NCBI GenBank assembly: GCA_051652765.1
Contig: JBOFUV010000052.1
Span: 1 to 64,000, forward strand
DNA: 64,000 bases
DNA from: Microcoleaceae cyanobacterium
Lineage (GTDB): Bacteria; Cyanobacteriota; Cyanobacteriia; Cyanobacteriales; Microcoleaceae
Direction: 5' to 3'
The translations under genes and the position numbers were made by a program. A model generated the notes under the pieces. It did not search any database and was not told the DNA's origin. It was given only the letters and a program-made list of their open reading frames with translations. Positions 28,474 through 37,285 of the stretch are shown piece after piece; position 1 is the stretch's first letter, and each line of letters opens with the position of its first letter.

Positions 28474-29451
28474 TTAAAGCGTCGATCCACGTTGAATCGT
28501 TGCAAAAATTTCGCTGAGGATTTCCTGGGCTCCCTGCTGCTTTAGATGATGGGCCAGATCTTTACCCAATTGTTCTGCATTCGTTGCACTGCCGGTAACA
28601 GAATCTTTGATCAGTCGCTGACCATCCAAGCTAGCAACCATCCCAACCATAGTGAGCTGATCAGCCTCCAGGGTAGTATTCACCCCAATCGGAACTTGAC
28701 AGCCTCCCTCCAACTCTCGCAAGAACGACCGTTCTGCGTGGCACCGTTGAGCTGTTGGCGTATGCTCTAGGGCTTTAACAACCTCTAAAATTCGCTCATC
28801 TCCTGACCGACACTCAATTCCCAAGGCTCCCTGACCAACGGCATGGAGAGAAATTTCGGAGGAAATGACTTGATCAATGCGATCATCCATGCCCAAGCGT
28901 TTCAAGCCAGCTACGGCCAAAACCAGAGCATCGTAACCTCCTTCATCGAGTTTCTGCAAGCGTGTGTTGAGATTGCCGCGAATATCTTTGAACTCTAGGT
29001 GAGGAAAGTGATGACGCAATTGGGCTAATCGTCGCAGGGAAGATGTTCCAATGACTGCACCCGGCGGTAGAGTATGCAGTTGTTTGTCTTTGTGATTGCT
29101 ATGCATTACGAGGGCATCTGCTGGATCTTCCCGTTCTGTGACGCACCCTAGCATCAGCCCTTCAGGTAGGTTTGTGGGTAAATCTTTGAGGGAATGAACT
29201 GCCATATCGGTCTCATGGCTGAGCATTCCGACTTCCAGTTCTTTAGTGAACAAGCCCTTGTCCCCAATTTTGGCTAAGGCAACATCCAGGATTTTATCGC
29301 CCTGGGTTGCCATAGTATGAATTTCAAACGTGATTTCTGGGAAATGTTTTTGAAGTTCTTCTTGCACCCAGTAGGTTTGAACCAAGGCCAATTGACTTTT
29401 GCGGGAACCGATCCGAACAGTATGAGTTGGAGCAGATACAGTTGCTGTCAT
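28474..29451 (-). CDS. hemC: hydroxymethylbilane synthase (porphobilinogen deaminase)
   Basis: '[13 protein letters not shown]', 'KGLFTKELE', 'VHSLKD', 'GTSSLRR', '[10 protein letters not shown]'. Confidence 0.98.
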   Translation of the reverse strand: MTATVSAPTHTVRIGSRKSQLALVQTYWVQEELQKHFPEITFEIHTMATQGDKILDVALAKIGDKGLFTKELEVGMLSHETDMAVHSLKDLPTNLPEGLMLGCVTEREDPADALVMHSNHKDKQLHTLPPGAVIGTSSLRRLAQLRHHFPHLEFKDIRGNLNTRLQKLDEGGYDALVLAVAGLKRLGMDDRIDQVISSEISLHAVGQGALGIECRSGDERILEVVKALEHTPTAQRCHAERSFLRELEGGCQVPIGVNTTLEADQLTMVGMVASLDGQRLIKDSVTGSATNAEQLGKDLAHHLKQQGAQEILSEIFATIQRGSTL

Positions 29452-29706
29452 TGTTGTCGATGCGATCGCGTAGAATCTCGAACAGGATTAAATCAATGGT
29501 TCTAGACTATCGCACAGAGGGAACAAGGAATAAGGCCAAGGTCGGAACGTAATTATCCTTAACACTACGCATTAAAAAGCATTAAAAGTACATATTAATT
29601 TTTAGTGTACTAAGAGTGTACTAAGAATGCATTAAATTAAGCGTTAAAATCCTCAAGCAGGGCTGGGGGACTTTGTCTCACTTCACCTCGTAGGAACGCT
29701 GAACAC

Positions 29707-30708
29707 TTAACCAATGGCTAGAACGATTTTTCCGACCCTACCACCCATTTCTAAGGCTGCATGAGCGGCGGCGGCTTCTGCTAGGGGAAAAATCTGACTG
29801 ACATGAATTCTGAGTTTTCCCTCATCAATCAGGCGAGCACATTGCTTGAGAATCTTCGCTTGATCGGTTTGTTCCTCCACTAACTTTTGTAACATCGGGG
29901 TTAGCATCAGCTCTAACCCAATCCTGAGATTGCGGGTGCGGGCTTGTTTGAGATCTCCCAGACGAATATCTGGTTCTAGCACTGTGACGAGATCTCCGTA
30001 AATCTTAACTGCATCCACAGTTTTAAAGAAAATCTCCTTGCCAACCGTATCGAAGGCCAAATCTACCCCTTCTCCCTCTGTCCATTCTAGAACTGCCTCA
30101 ACGAAATCAGTTTGTCTGTAGTTAATCACCAAGTCCGCCCCCAGTGAGCGAACGAATTCCTGATTTTCCGGCGACCCAACCGTTGTTGCGACTTCTGCTC
30201 CCTGCAATTTAGCCAACTGAATTGCAATATGACCCACACCTCCGGCCCCGCCATGAATTAACACTCGCTGTCCCGGCTGGAGCTTCCCCCGATCATACAA
30301 GGATTCCCATGCTGTGATCAAGACCAAAGGAGCAGCAGCAGCTTCCGTGAAACTGAGGGACTTGGGTTTTGGGCTGATGAATCTTTCATCGACCACCGTG
30401 AACTCGGCATAGTTCCCCACTTCATCCCCCAAACCGCCATCACAAAAATAAACTTCATCTCCAACCCGAAACTTTTCAACGGATGAGCCGACTGCTGTAA
30501 TCATTCCGGCACCGTCGCAACCCAAAATAGCGGGCATTTTTTCGGGATAGAACGTTCCTCGACTCCGCAGCTTAGTATCAATGGGATTAACTCCTGCTGC
30601 CCTCAGTCTCACGAGGACTTCAGTCGCTGTTCTGATTTGAGGCTGGGGAACGTCCTGCAGCTCTAGCACCTCAGGCTTTCCCGATTTAATCATGACAACA
30701 GCTTTCAT
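29707..30708 (-). CDS. NADPH:quinone oxidoreductase / zinc-independent MDR family
   Basis: 'AAGVNPID', 'ILGCDGAG', 'HGGAGGVG', 'GKIVL'. Confidence 0.9.
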   Translation of the reverse strand: MKAVVMIKSGKPEVLELQDVPQPQIRTATEVLVRLRAAGVNPIDTKLRSRGTFYPEKMPAILGCDGAGMITAVGSSVEKFRVGDEVYFCDGGLGDEVGNYAEFTVVDERFISPKPKSLSFTEAAAAPLVLITAWESLYDRGKLQPGQRVLIHGGAGGVGHIAIQLAKLQGAEVATTVGSPENQEFVRSLGADLVINYRQTDFVEAVLEWTEGEGVDLAFDTVGKEIFFKTVDAVKIYGDLVTVLEPDIRLGDLKQARTRNLRIGLELMLTPMLQKLVEEQTDQAKILKQCARLIDEGKLRIHVSQIFPLAEAAAAHAALEMGGRVGKIVLAIG

Positions 30709-30796
30709 CTCAGCCCAGTGCCTCGCAAAGAATTTTTTGTTAGACTATTTTTCAGACTATTTTAATGTTACATGGGCAGTAGTTCTCTTTTGAACA

Positions 30797-31726
30797 TCAC
30801 CGTAAGGTTGATCCTGGGAACATGCCTGAGGCCAGGGTTTGACTTTCTTCGAGGAGATATTGATAGAAAGTTTGGGCAACCACAGAGAGTTGCTTGCCAA
30901 CATGATGCACCACATACCATTGCTGTTGAATCGGGAAGTGCTGCACATCAAGAACGACTAGCTCACCGTTATTGCCTTCAGAGATCAACGTGTGTTGAGA
31001 CAAGATAGAAATCCCTAGACCTCCGGCGATCGCCTGTTTAATGGCTTCATTACTGCCAAGCTCTAAGCGAACTTGAACGGTGACCTTGTATTTTTCAAAC
31101 AGCGCCCGGATGCATCGTCGCGTTCCCGAACCCGCTTCCCGCATGATGAAAAATTCTCCCTTCAAGGCTTTGATCGGAATCTGAGTCTGACCCGCCAAGG
31201 GATGATCTCGCCGAGCGACAACAACTAACGGGTTATCGAGGAAAGGTTTACTGCACAGTTCAAAATCCTCAGGGGGTTGGCTAAGAATATACAGATCATC
31301 AAGATTTGACTGGATTCGCTGGGTCAAGTCTTGGTGGTTGGTCACTTGCAGAGCAATATCAATTTCTGGATAGTGCTGGCAAAAAGACCCGAGCAATCGA
31401 GGCACGAAGTATTTTGCGGTGGTGACGACTGCCAACTTTAATCGTCCTCGTTTTACCCCTTTCAAGTTTGCAACCTTCATCTCGAAGAAGTCGAGCTGTT
31501 CAAAGATTTCTTGACAGGTTGTGAGTAATTCCTGACCCACTTCTGTGAGATAGAGTTGTTTACCAATTTGTTCGAACAGGGGTAAATCAATGGCTTGGCT
31601 GAGGTGCTTGACTTGAGCAGAAACAGTGGGTTGAGTGATCATTAGTTCCTCTGCCGCCCGAGTAAAGCTCCCATGACGGGCAACGGCCTCGAACACTTTC
31701 AGTTGGTGTAAGGTTGCCTGAATCAC
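30797..31726 (-). CDS. ndhR: LysR/CbbR-family regulator, NdhR (CcmR)-like
   Basis: 'QATLHQLKVFE..ARHGSFTRAAEEL.ITQPTVS', 'TTAKYF.PRLLG', 'ELGSNEAIKQA', 'SQHTL.SEG'; from memory closer to NdhR than to CmpR. Confidence 0.75.
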   Translation of the reverse strand: MIQATLHQLKVFEAVARHGSFTRAAEELMITQPTVSAQVKHLSQAIDLPLFEQIGKQLYLTEVGQELLTTCQEIFEQLDFFEMKVANLKGVKRGRLKLAVVTTAKYFVPRLLGSFCQHYPEIDIALQVTNHQDLTQRIQSNLDDLYILSQPPEDFELCSKPFLDNPLVVVARRDHPLAGQTQIPIKALKGEFFIMREAGSGTRRCIRALFEKYKVTVQVRLELGSNEAIKQAIAGGLGISILSQHTLISEGNNGELVVLDVQHFPIQQQWYVVHHVGKQLSVVAQTFYQYLLEESQTLASGMFPGSTLR

Positions 31727-31883
31727 GAAATCTCCTTTAACTAAGTCTAGTCATTAAGTCTAGGTTTGCCATTCCTAGTTCAACTTACAGCGGTCTTCAA
31801 ATCAGCCAAACGAAACCTGCGGTACATCAGTGCTGTAAATCAATAAAATCTATTTTTCTGCTCAGTTTAATCCTACGCTTTCC

Positions 31884-31899
31884 ATAGACTTAAATCAAT
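31884..31899. promoter_or_regulatory. putative NdhR/CbbR-type autoregulatory site
   Basis: ATAG-N8-CAAT (one mismatch to ATAG-N8-CTAT) upstream of the LysR gene. Confidence 0.4.
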
Positions 31900-32265
31900 G
31901 GTTGTAAAGCTTGAAATAGTTTTAGGTCAACCAAAAAAGTTTAGAGATGGGTGATGTGGGATCATTTGTTGTTGCCGCATCCTTTAAGAAAACTTACAGA
32001 ATCTTCTGGTCTGAGGTTACCCAGAGTACAATTCTTAGTAAGGGAAAAAAGAATGCTCAGACCAAAAAGTTAAGTCTGGCATTAAGGGAATCGATCCCCA
32101 CTAAAAAGCTTTTAATTCTAGATTGTTTTAGCTGATCGAAACCCGTGACTTGAGTTCTCTAGGGTTAGGAACTGTAGGCTTAAGAACTGTAGGTTTGAAT
32201 GTGAGGCAGTCTACCCTTCTAAGCTGTTTTGCTGTTCCTTGAAGTCAGTTTCAGGAGTTATTACA

Positions 32266-32817
32266 ATGTTTAAGAAAATTTTAGTGGCGCTAGATTTATC
32301 AAGCATTAGTCAAGAGGTCTTCAAGCAAGCTCTTTCTATTGCAAAAGCAATGGATGCGAGGCTCATGCTCTTGCATATTCTATCGGGTGAGGAACAGGGA
32401 GTGCCTTCCTTGGAGGGAATGGCTAGTGTCGGTTACTACTATGGATCACTGAGGTTAGAAACCTTAAAATATTATCAGGAACGCTGGCAAACCTATATCG
32501 ACTACAGCTTAGAACAGCTTAAATCTTTTGTTGAAGCGGCTTCAGAGGTAGGGGTAATTGCAGAATTCACTCAAACTCCCGGCAGACCAAGCCGAGCGAT
32601 TTGTGACCAAGCTCAAAACTGGAATGCCGATTTAATCCTAGTGGGAAGACGGGGATATTCAGGCTTGAGTGAGCTGTTGTTGGGCAGTGTCAGTAGCTAT
32701 GTCACTCACCATGCTGCTTGTTCTGTCTTAGTTGTTCAACTGACCTCACACCAAGATCAGAAGATTCAAGCTGAAAAAGTAGAAGCCTTAGCAAGCTCTC
32801 CATCAAGTTCTACCTAG
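32266..32817 (+). CDS. universal stress protein (UspA family)
   Basis: 'MFKKILVALD.S', 'ADLILVGRRGYSGLSELLLGSVS.YV.HHA.CSVLVV'; AGGAG RBS. Confidence 0.93.
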   Translation: MFKKILVALDLSSISQEVFKQALSIAKAMDARLMLLHILSGEEQGVPSLEGMASVGYYYGSLRLETLKYYQERWQTYIDYSLEQLKSFVEAASEVGVIAEFTQTPGRPSRAICDQAQNWNADLILVGRRGYSGLSELLLGSVSSYVTHHAACSVLVVQLTSHQDQKIQAEKVEALASSPSSST

Positions 32818-32877
32818 GTCAAGGAATCAATCCTCAAACGTTGCCAGGAATACTGAACATAAGCCAAATATAAAATA

Positions 32878-32957
32878 TCCACTACTCTGAAGTTGGAGGC
32901 TGCTAGCCAGAAAAGTGATACATTTTCTGCTAAGGCAGTTTCCTTAAGAGTAGTGGA
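32878..32957. terminator. long imperfect inverted repeat between convergent genes
   Basis: TCCACTACTCT...AGAGTAGTGGA outer stem with inner GGAGGCTGC/GCAGTTTCC and CAGAAAA/TTTTCTG pairs. Confidence 0.55.
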
Positions 32958-33013
32958 AGTTTTGTAGACAAGGACAGTTATTTAGAGCAGAAATTCAACC
33001 ACAAAACAATATC

Positions 33014-36000
33014 CTAGGAATTAGGATACAGTCGAGCGACTGAAAGCGTAATCTCCCCCAAGTTGTCCTCCTTGTAAGTATCAATAAAGAAGGCATAAAG
33101 GGTCGTGGTTTCCAACACCTTCAAAGTCAATGCTTCACTGTATCCATTTAAGCTTGACCAAGTTCCAGGGACAGGCATATTAGTTTTCTGGTTCATCACT
33201 CTTCCCCCATTAATCCAGAGTAAAACCACGGGCTCCCCAGAATAACGTTGACTCGAACCGTAACTAAATTTACCTGCCTTGATCCGTAATAAGTAAATGC
33301 CGGGTTCCAAGGTTTTAGCAACTGCAGTTTCCTGGAGTTCTCGGACTTGCTCTGGGCTCAAGACGTAGCAATTGTTCTGGCTATTGACCGTGAGATGCTC
33401 GATCTTACATCCTTCCCGTTGGGTTGCTTGCTCAATGGGATAAGAACGAGCCGTAGTAGCCTGCTCTGCTGGACGAGACCAAACACTTCCAGGGATTGTT
33501 GCCCCTGTCGCTGCCCCTGTTGCCGCTCCTGCCAAGCCCATTCTATCCAGTTGAGTAGTCCCCGAAACACCAGGTTCTGAGAGACTAGACTCTGAGAGAT
33601 TAAGCCCTAAGAGATTAGGGTCTGAGAGGTCACCTGTAGGAGGCAGTCGCATAGACTTAGAATAAGCAAGCTGCACCCACTGGCTGTCTGGAGAGAGGTA
33701 ACCAATTTCTGCAATGTAGTCGCGATCGCTCACCGGGACTGGCACCGTGATTTCTTGCACCACCTCATCACAGTCATAGTAATAAATACTGTGGGCAGGT
33801 TGGGTTTCAGGGTCAATGCCCGTAATATCATGAACCCGCAGTTGAAACTGTTGTTCGGCTTGTGTTTTGGCCTGCTCCCGTTCACTGGCAGGCACCATCC
33901 AGGAAACTGACATCAGATCCGGATCTGCTGCAGAAGACTGTGAGTCAATAATTCTCACTTGGCTTTGGGTTGACAGAGAAGCAGAACCCAGAGGGGCGAT
34001 CGCCGCCATCACTGCTGCGTTCGTATTCAGAGGAACTGTTGCGGGAGGAAAATCAGGGCTCCATGAGACTGCTGGAGACAACTCTGGAACCCGAACCGAA
34101 TTGGAGCGAGCTAGAGGCATCCACTCATGTTCAATCGTGGTGTAGCCAATTTCTGAAATGTAATAGTGATCCAGATGGGGAACCGGAACTTGCCATTCTT
34201 GATCCACATCATCATTGAATTCATCACAGTCATAGACCTGAACACTGTTGGGGGCCTGGATATCAACATCAACATGGTCGATATCATAAACCCGCAACTG
34301 CAACTGCTGGCCGCCCTGCTGTTTGGCTGCATCTCGCTGAGATTGAGGGAGATGCCAACGGGCGCAAACACTCTGCTCATCCTGGGTTTGCAAAGTCATC
34401 CGACAATCAGACTCGATCAATTCATGCTTGAGCAAGAAAGCGTCTGTGGTCGCCCCAACGAGCCCCGTATCGATAGCCGCTCCAACTAAAGTGCCTGGTT
34501 CAGTTCCAGTTATTGTTCCTGAACCAGTTATTGTTCCTGAAGTTGTTCCTGAAGTTGCTCCTGAAGCTGCTGAACCAATGATGCCTGAACCCACAATACC
34601 TGCACCCACAATACCTGCACCAATTGCAGCTCCGCCCAAGGCTCCCCCTGGAATACCTGGGCCTGATTCTACAGATGAAATCTGTGGATCTACAGCCTCC
34701 GTTGGGCCGGTGATACCTGAAAGAACTCGCATTGAATTAGAACGAGCCAAAGGTAACCAAGTTCCATCTTCCGCTAAGTAACCAATTTCGGCTAGATAGT
34801 CTCGCTCTGGATTTGCAACTGTAATTTGCCCTTCTCGATCCAAGACATCGCAATCATAGGACTCCATATAGTGGGCGGGCTGGGTGTCAAAGTCAATTTC
34901 AGTGACATCATAAACTCGCAATTGGAAATCACGGCCACCATAGTCTCTAGCTGCCAATTTATCTGCGTCTGCCGCCGTCCAATAAGCATTGACTGTTTGG
35001 CCCTTACCAGGAGAAAGGTTCAGACGGCTATTGCGATCGCGCAAGGCCCAAGTGGCCAACCCAGCCGCTCCCGCTATCCCGGCCAAACCAGCCGTTCCTA
35101 CCAGTCCAGAATTGATCGTAGGAATGCCAGAATTGACTCCGGACGTTGAGGAGAAACCACCATCTGAAATCCCGGCAGAGGTCTCAATGGGTAATTCCCC
35201 AGTAGGTAAGTCCTCAAGGGGCAAGTCCGCAACAGGTAATTCCTCAACCGTTGGAGTAACAGCAAACTCGGGAGGAAGGGCAGTTTCCGCCTGAGTCGTG
35301 ACAGTGGCATTATCTGTTGGGGCCACTCTTGGTGCTGGTGGAATGATTTGATCTGTTGTTCGGGGTTCAGGGCGAGCCGGAGGAACAGGTCTAGCCTCGA
35401 CGGGTTCTTCATCCTGGCCCCGCAGCAACCACCACAGTCCTGCTCCTAACACAGGCAGTCCCAACAACCACAGTAGCCACCAGGGAAAATTACTCCTAGC
35501 ACTATTGACTTCACGAGTTTGGGTAGTGGTTGCCTGGGAGGTCTCCGCTGTTCCTGTTGAATCTGGCACGGCTTCAGGGGGAGTTACAACCTCTGGAGAA
35601 GCAGCAGGGGTAGTCACAGCCTGTGGAGGAGATGATTCTGCCTTCGGAGAAGGAGAGGAAGTTGGTTGGGGGGCTGGCTTTGGAGCAGTGGCCGCAGCAG
35701 CAACACTAGCTGCAGTTGCGGTTTTAATCGCTGTTTTTCCAGCATCCGAGGTCATCACCCCCAGAAAAGCCAGGGTTTCTGGAGTTGCTTTGTCCTTGTG
35801 GTAGACATAGCCGCGATATTGAGAATAGGGATAGCGCGGATCATCCGGTAGGGTCTTGTGCATGGCGATAATCCGGACGTTATTTTGATCCAGGACTTGA
35901 TCGGCGATCGCATAGCCAATGCCATCCTTCCCCAAGGCTTTAATCACAGCATCGGTTTCATCTTCATTCACCCGAGTTGTGGTAGAGCCCGACCTGAAGG

Positions 36001-36628
36001 GAGTTCCTTCAAAGACTTTGTAGCCACCCAGGGCCCGTCGAGTATCGCTGGATTCAGGACGATCGACAAAGTTAACCTTGGCAGACTCTCCGCCAACTTC
36101 TGACCAGTTGGTGATCTCACCTCGAAACATTTTGGCAAATTGTTCGAAGGAAACATTGCCCTTGAAGGGATTTTCAGGACTCACAATCACGGCGATTTTT
36201 CCCCGGTCAATCGGAACTTCAACGAGTCCTTGAGCTTTTTGGGCATCAGTCAGGGGACGACCAACGGCAGCAATATCAATATCTCCTTTGAGCAGAGCAT
36301 TGATGGCTTTTTGGCTATCTTGGGTTGTGGCTTCCACCTGAGCGCTGGGAAACTTTTCGGTAAACTGCTGTCTGAGGGCCTGATTCAATACAATCATGCT
36401 GCTGGTGCCATCAATTTTGACGATGGCATTGTCAGGCAACGTGTTAGGCAGAGGAAATTTTGCAGGAGCTTCAGCTAAAGCAGGCTCAAGCCAGGAAAAT
36501 GCTTGACCTTCCATCACTTCGCCGGAGTTGAGGGGCAGCGTTATGGGGGCCGTTAGGAACTTTGGAGCGGTTGCCATCGCCAGGGCAATGGCTGCGAGGT
36601 GAAGAAAGGTTCTACTTGAACGAGACAT
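33014..36628 (-). CDS. multidomain membrane protein: signal peptide, PstS-like substrate-binding domain, TM, 3x DUF4912, C-terminal beta-rich domain
   Basis: PBP_like 'KIDGTSSM...DIAAVGRPL...W..VGG...RPESSDTR'; TM 'FPWWLLWLLGLPVLGAGLWWLL'; three 'QLRV(Y/H)D...EIGY...LA.S' units; tail homologous to 36726-37121. Confidence 0.8.
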   Translation of the reverse strand: MSRSSRTFLHLAAIALAMATAPKFLTAPITLPLNSGEVMEGQAFSWLEPALAEAPAKFPLPNTLPDNAIVKIDGTSSMIVLNQALRQQFTEKFPSAQVEATTQDSQKAINALLKGDIDIAAVGRPLTDAQKAQGLVEVPIDRGKIAVIVSPENPFKGNVSFEQFAKMFRGEITNWSEVGGESAKVNFVDRPESSDTRRALGGYKVFEGTPFRSGSTTTRVNEDETDAVIKALGKDGIGYAIADQVLDQNNVRIIAMHKTLPDDPRYPYSQYRGYVYHKDKATPETLAFLGVMTSDAGKTAIKTATAASVAAAATAPKPAPQPTSSPSPKAESSPPQAVTTPAASPEVVTPPEAVPDSTGTAETSQATTTQTREVNSARSNFPWWLLWLLGLPVLGAGLWWLLRGQDEEPVEARPVPPARPEPRTTDQIIPPAPRVAPTDNATVTTQAETALPPEFAVTPTVEELPVADLPLEDLPTGELPIETSAGISDGGFSSTSGVNSGIPTINSGLVGTAGLAGIAGAAGLATWALRDRNSRLNLSPGKGQTVNAYWTAADADKLAARDYGGRDFQLRVYDVTEIDFDTQPAHYMESYDCDVLDREGQITVANPERDYLAEIGYLAEDGTWLPLARSNSMRVLSGITGPTEAVDPQISSVESGPGIPGGALGGAAIGAGIVGAGIVGSGIIGSAASGATSGTTSGTITGSGTITGTEPGTLVGAAIDTGLVGATTDAFLLKHELIESDCRMTLQTQDEQSVCARWHLPQSQRDAAKQQGGQQLQLRVYDIDHVDVDIQAPNSVQVYDCDEFNDDVDQEWQVPVPHLDHYYISEIGYTTIEHEWMPLARSNSVRVPELSPAVSWSPDFPPATVPLNTNAAVMAAIAPLGSASLSTQSQVRIIDSQSSAADPDLMSVSWMVPASEREQAKTQAEQQFQLRVHDITGIDPETQPAHSIYYYDCDEVVQEITVPVPVSDRDYIAEIGYLSPDSQWVQLAYSKSMRLPPTGDLSDPNLLGLNLSESSLSEPGVSGTTQLDRMGLAGAATGAATGATIPGSVWSRPAEQATTARSYPIEQATQREGCKIEHLTVNSQNNCYVLSPEQVRELQETAVAKTLEPGIYLLRIKAGKFSYGSSQRYSGEPVVLLWINGGRVMNQKTNMPVPGTWSSLNGYSEALTLKVLETTTLYAFFIDTYKEDNLGEITLSVARLYPNS

Positions 36629-36725
36629 TGTTTTAAGATTTCTAGGGTGGACAAAAATCTGGATGCAAGCGAACTGAGGAGGAGGTGGCAAAGGTTTGTG
36701 ATCGGGGTTGTTCGGAGGATGCTTG

Positions 36726-37121
36726 TTAAATTTTCACTACAGAAATCGTGACTTCACCCTCGTTGTCTTCGAGATAGGTATCAAAGAAAAATGCACAGAG
36801 GTAAGCCGTTTCCAAAACCTCTAAGGTTAGGGTGTCATCTTCCCCATTTAAAGTTGACCAGGTTGCTTCAACTTCAATATTGGTTTTTTTATTAATAAAT
36901 TTTCCGCCATAAATCCACAACATTACCAGCGGTTCACCCCAACGTTCTACGCCGTTACGATAGTTAAAAGAACCGTCACGAATTTTAACAACGTAGGTTC
37001 CGGGTTCTAAGGTACTTGAAACCGCTGTTTCATTTTGAATTTTTTGCATTGCATCAGAACCCAACACGTAGCAGTTCTGCTTGCTGTCAACTTTGAGATC
37101 AGTAATGGTGCAACCTTCCAT
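36726..37121 (-). CDS. standalone 131-aa beta-rich protein paralogous to the C-terminal domain of the downstream gene
   Basis: AAGGAAGG RBS; about 69/130 identities to the tail of 33014-36628 by manual alignment. Confidence 0.85.
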   Translation of the reverse strand: MEGCTITDLKVDSKQNCYVLGSDAMQKIQNETAVSSTLEPGTYVVKIRDGSFNYRNGVERWGEPLVMLWIYGGKFINKKTNIEVEATWSTLNGEDDTLTLEVLETAYLCAFFFDTYLEDNEGEVTISVVKI

Positions 37122-37285
37122 ACTCGCCTTCCTTACAGGTGTACTCTATCAAGCATTTAATATACCGGACTGCATCGACCTTAGCGTATATCCGCCTCCA
37201 CTATACAAAACAATCTGCTTTGTTACACCCTAGGGTAGCTCAAAATCACGGTGAACTCTAGGGCTTTACCCAGCCATGACCAGCT

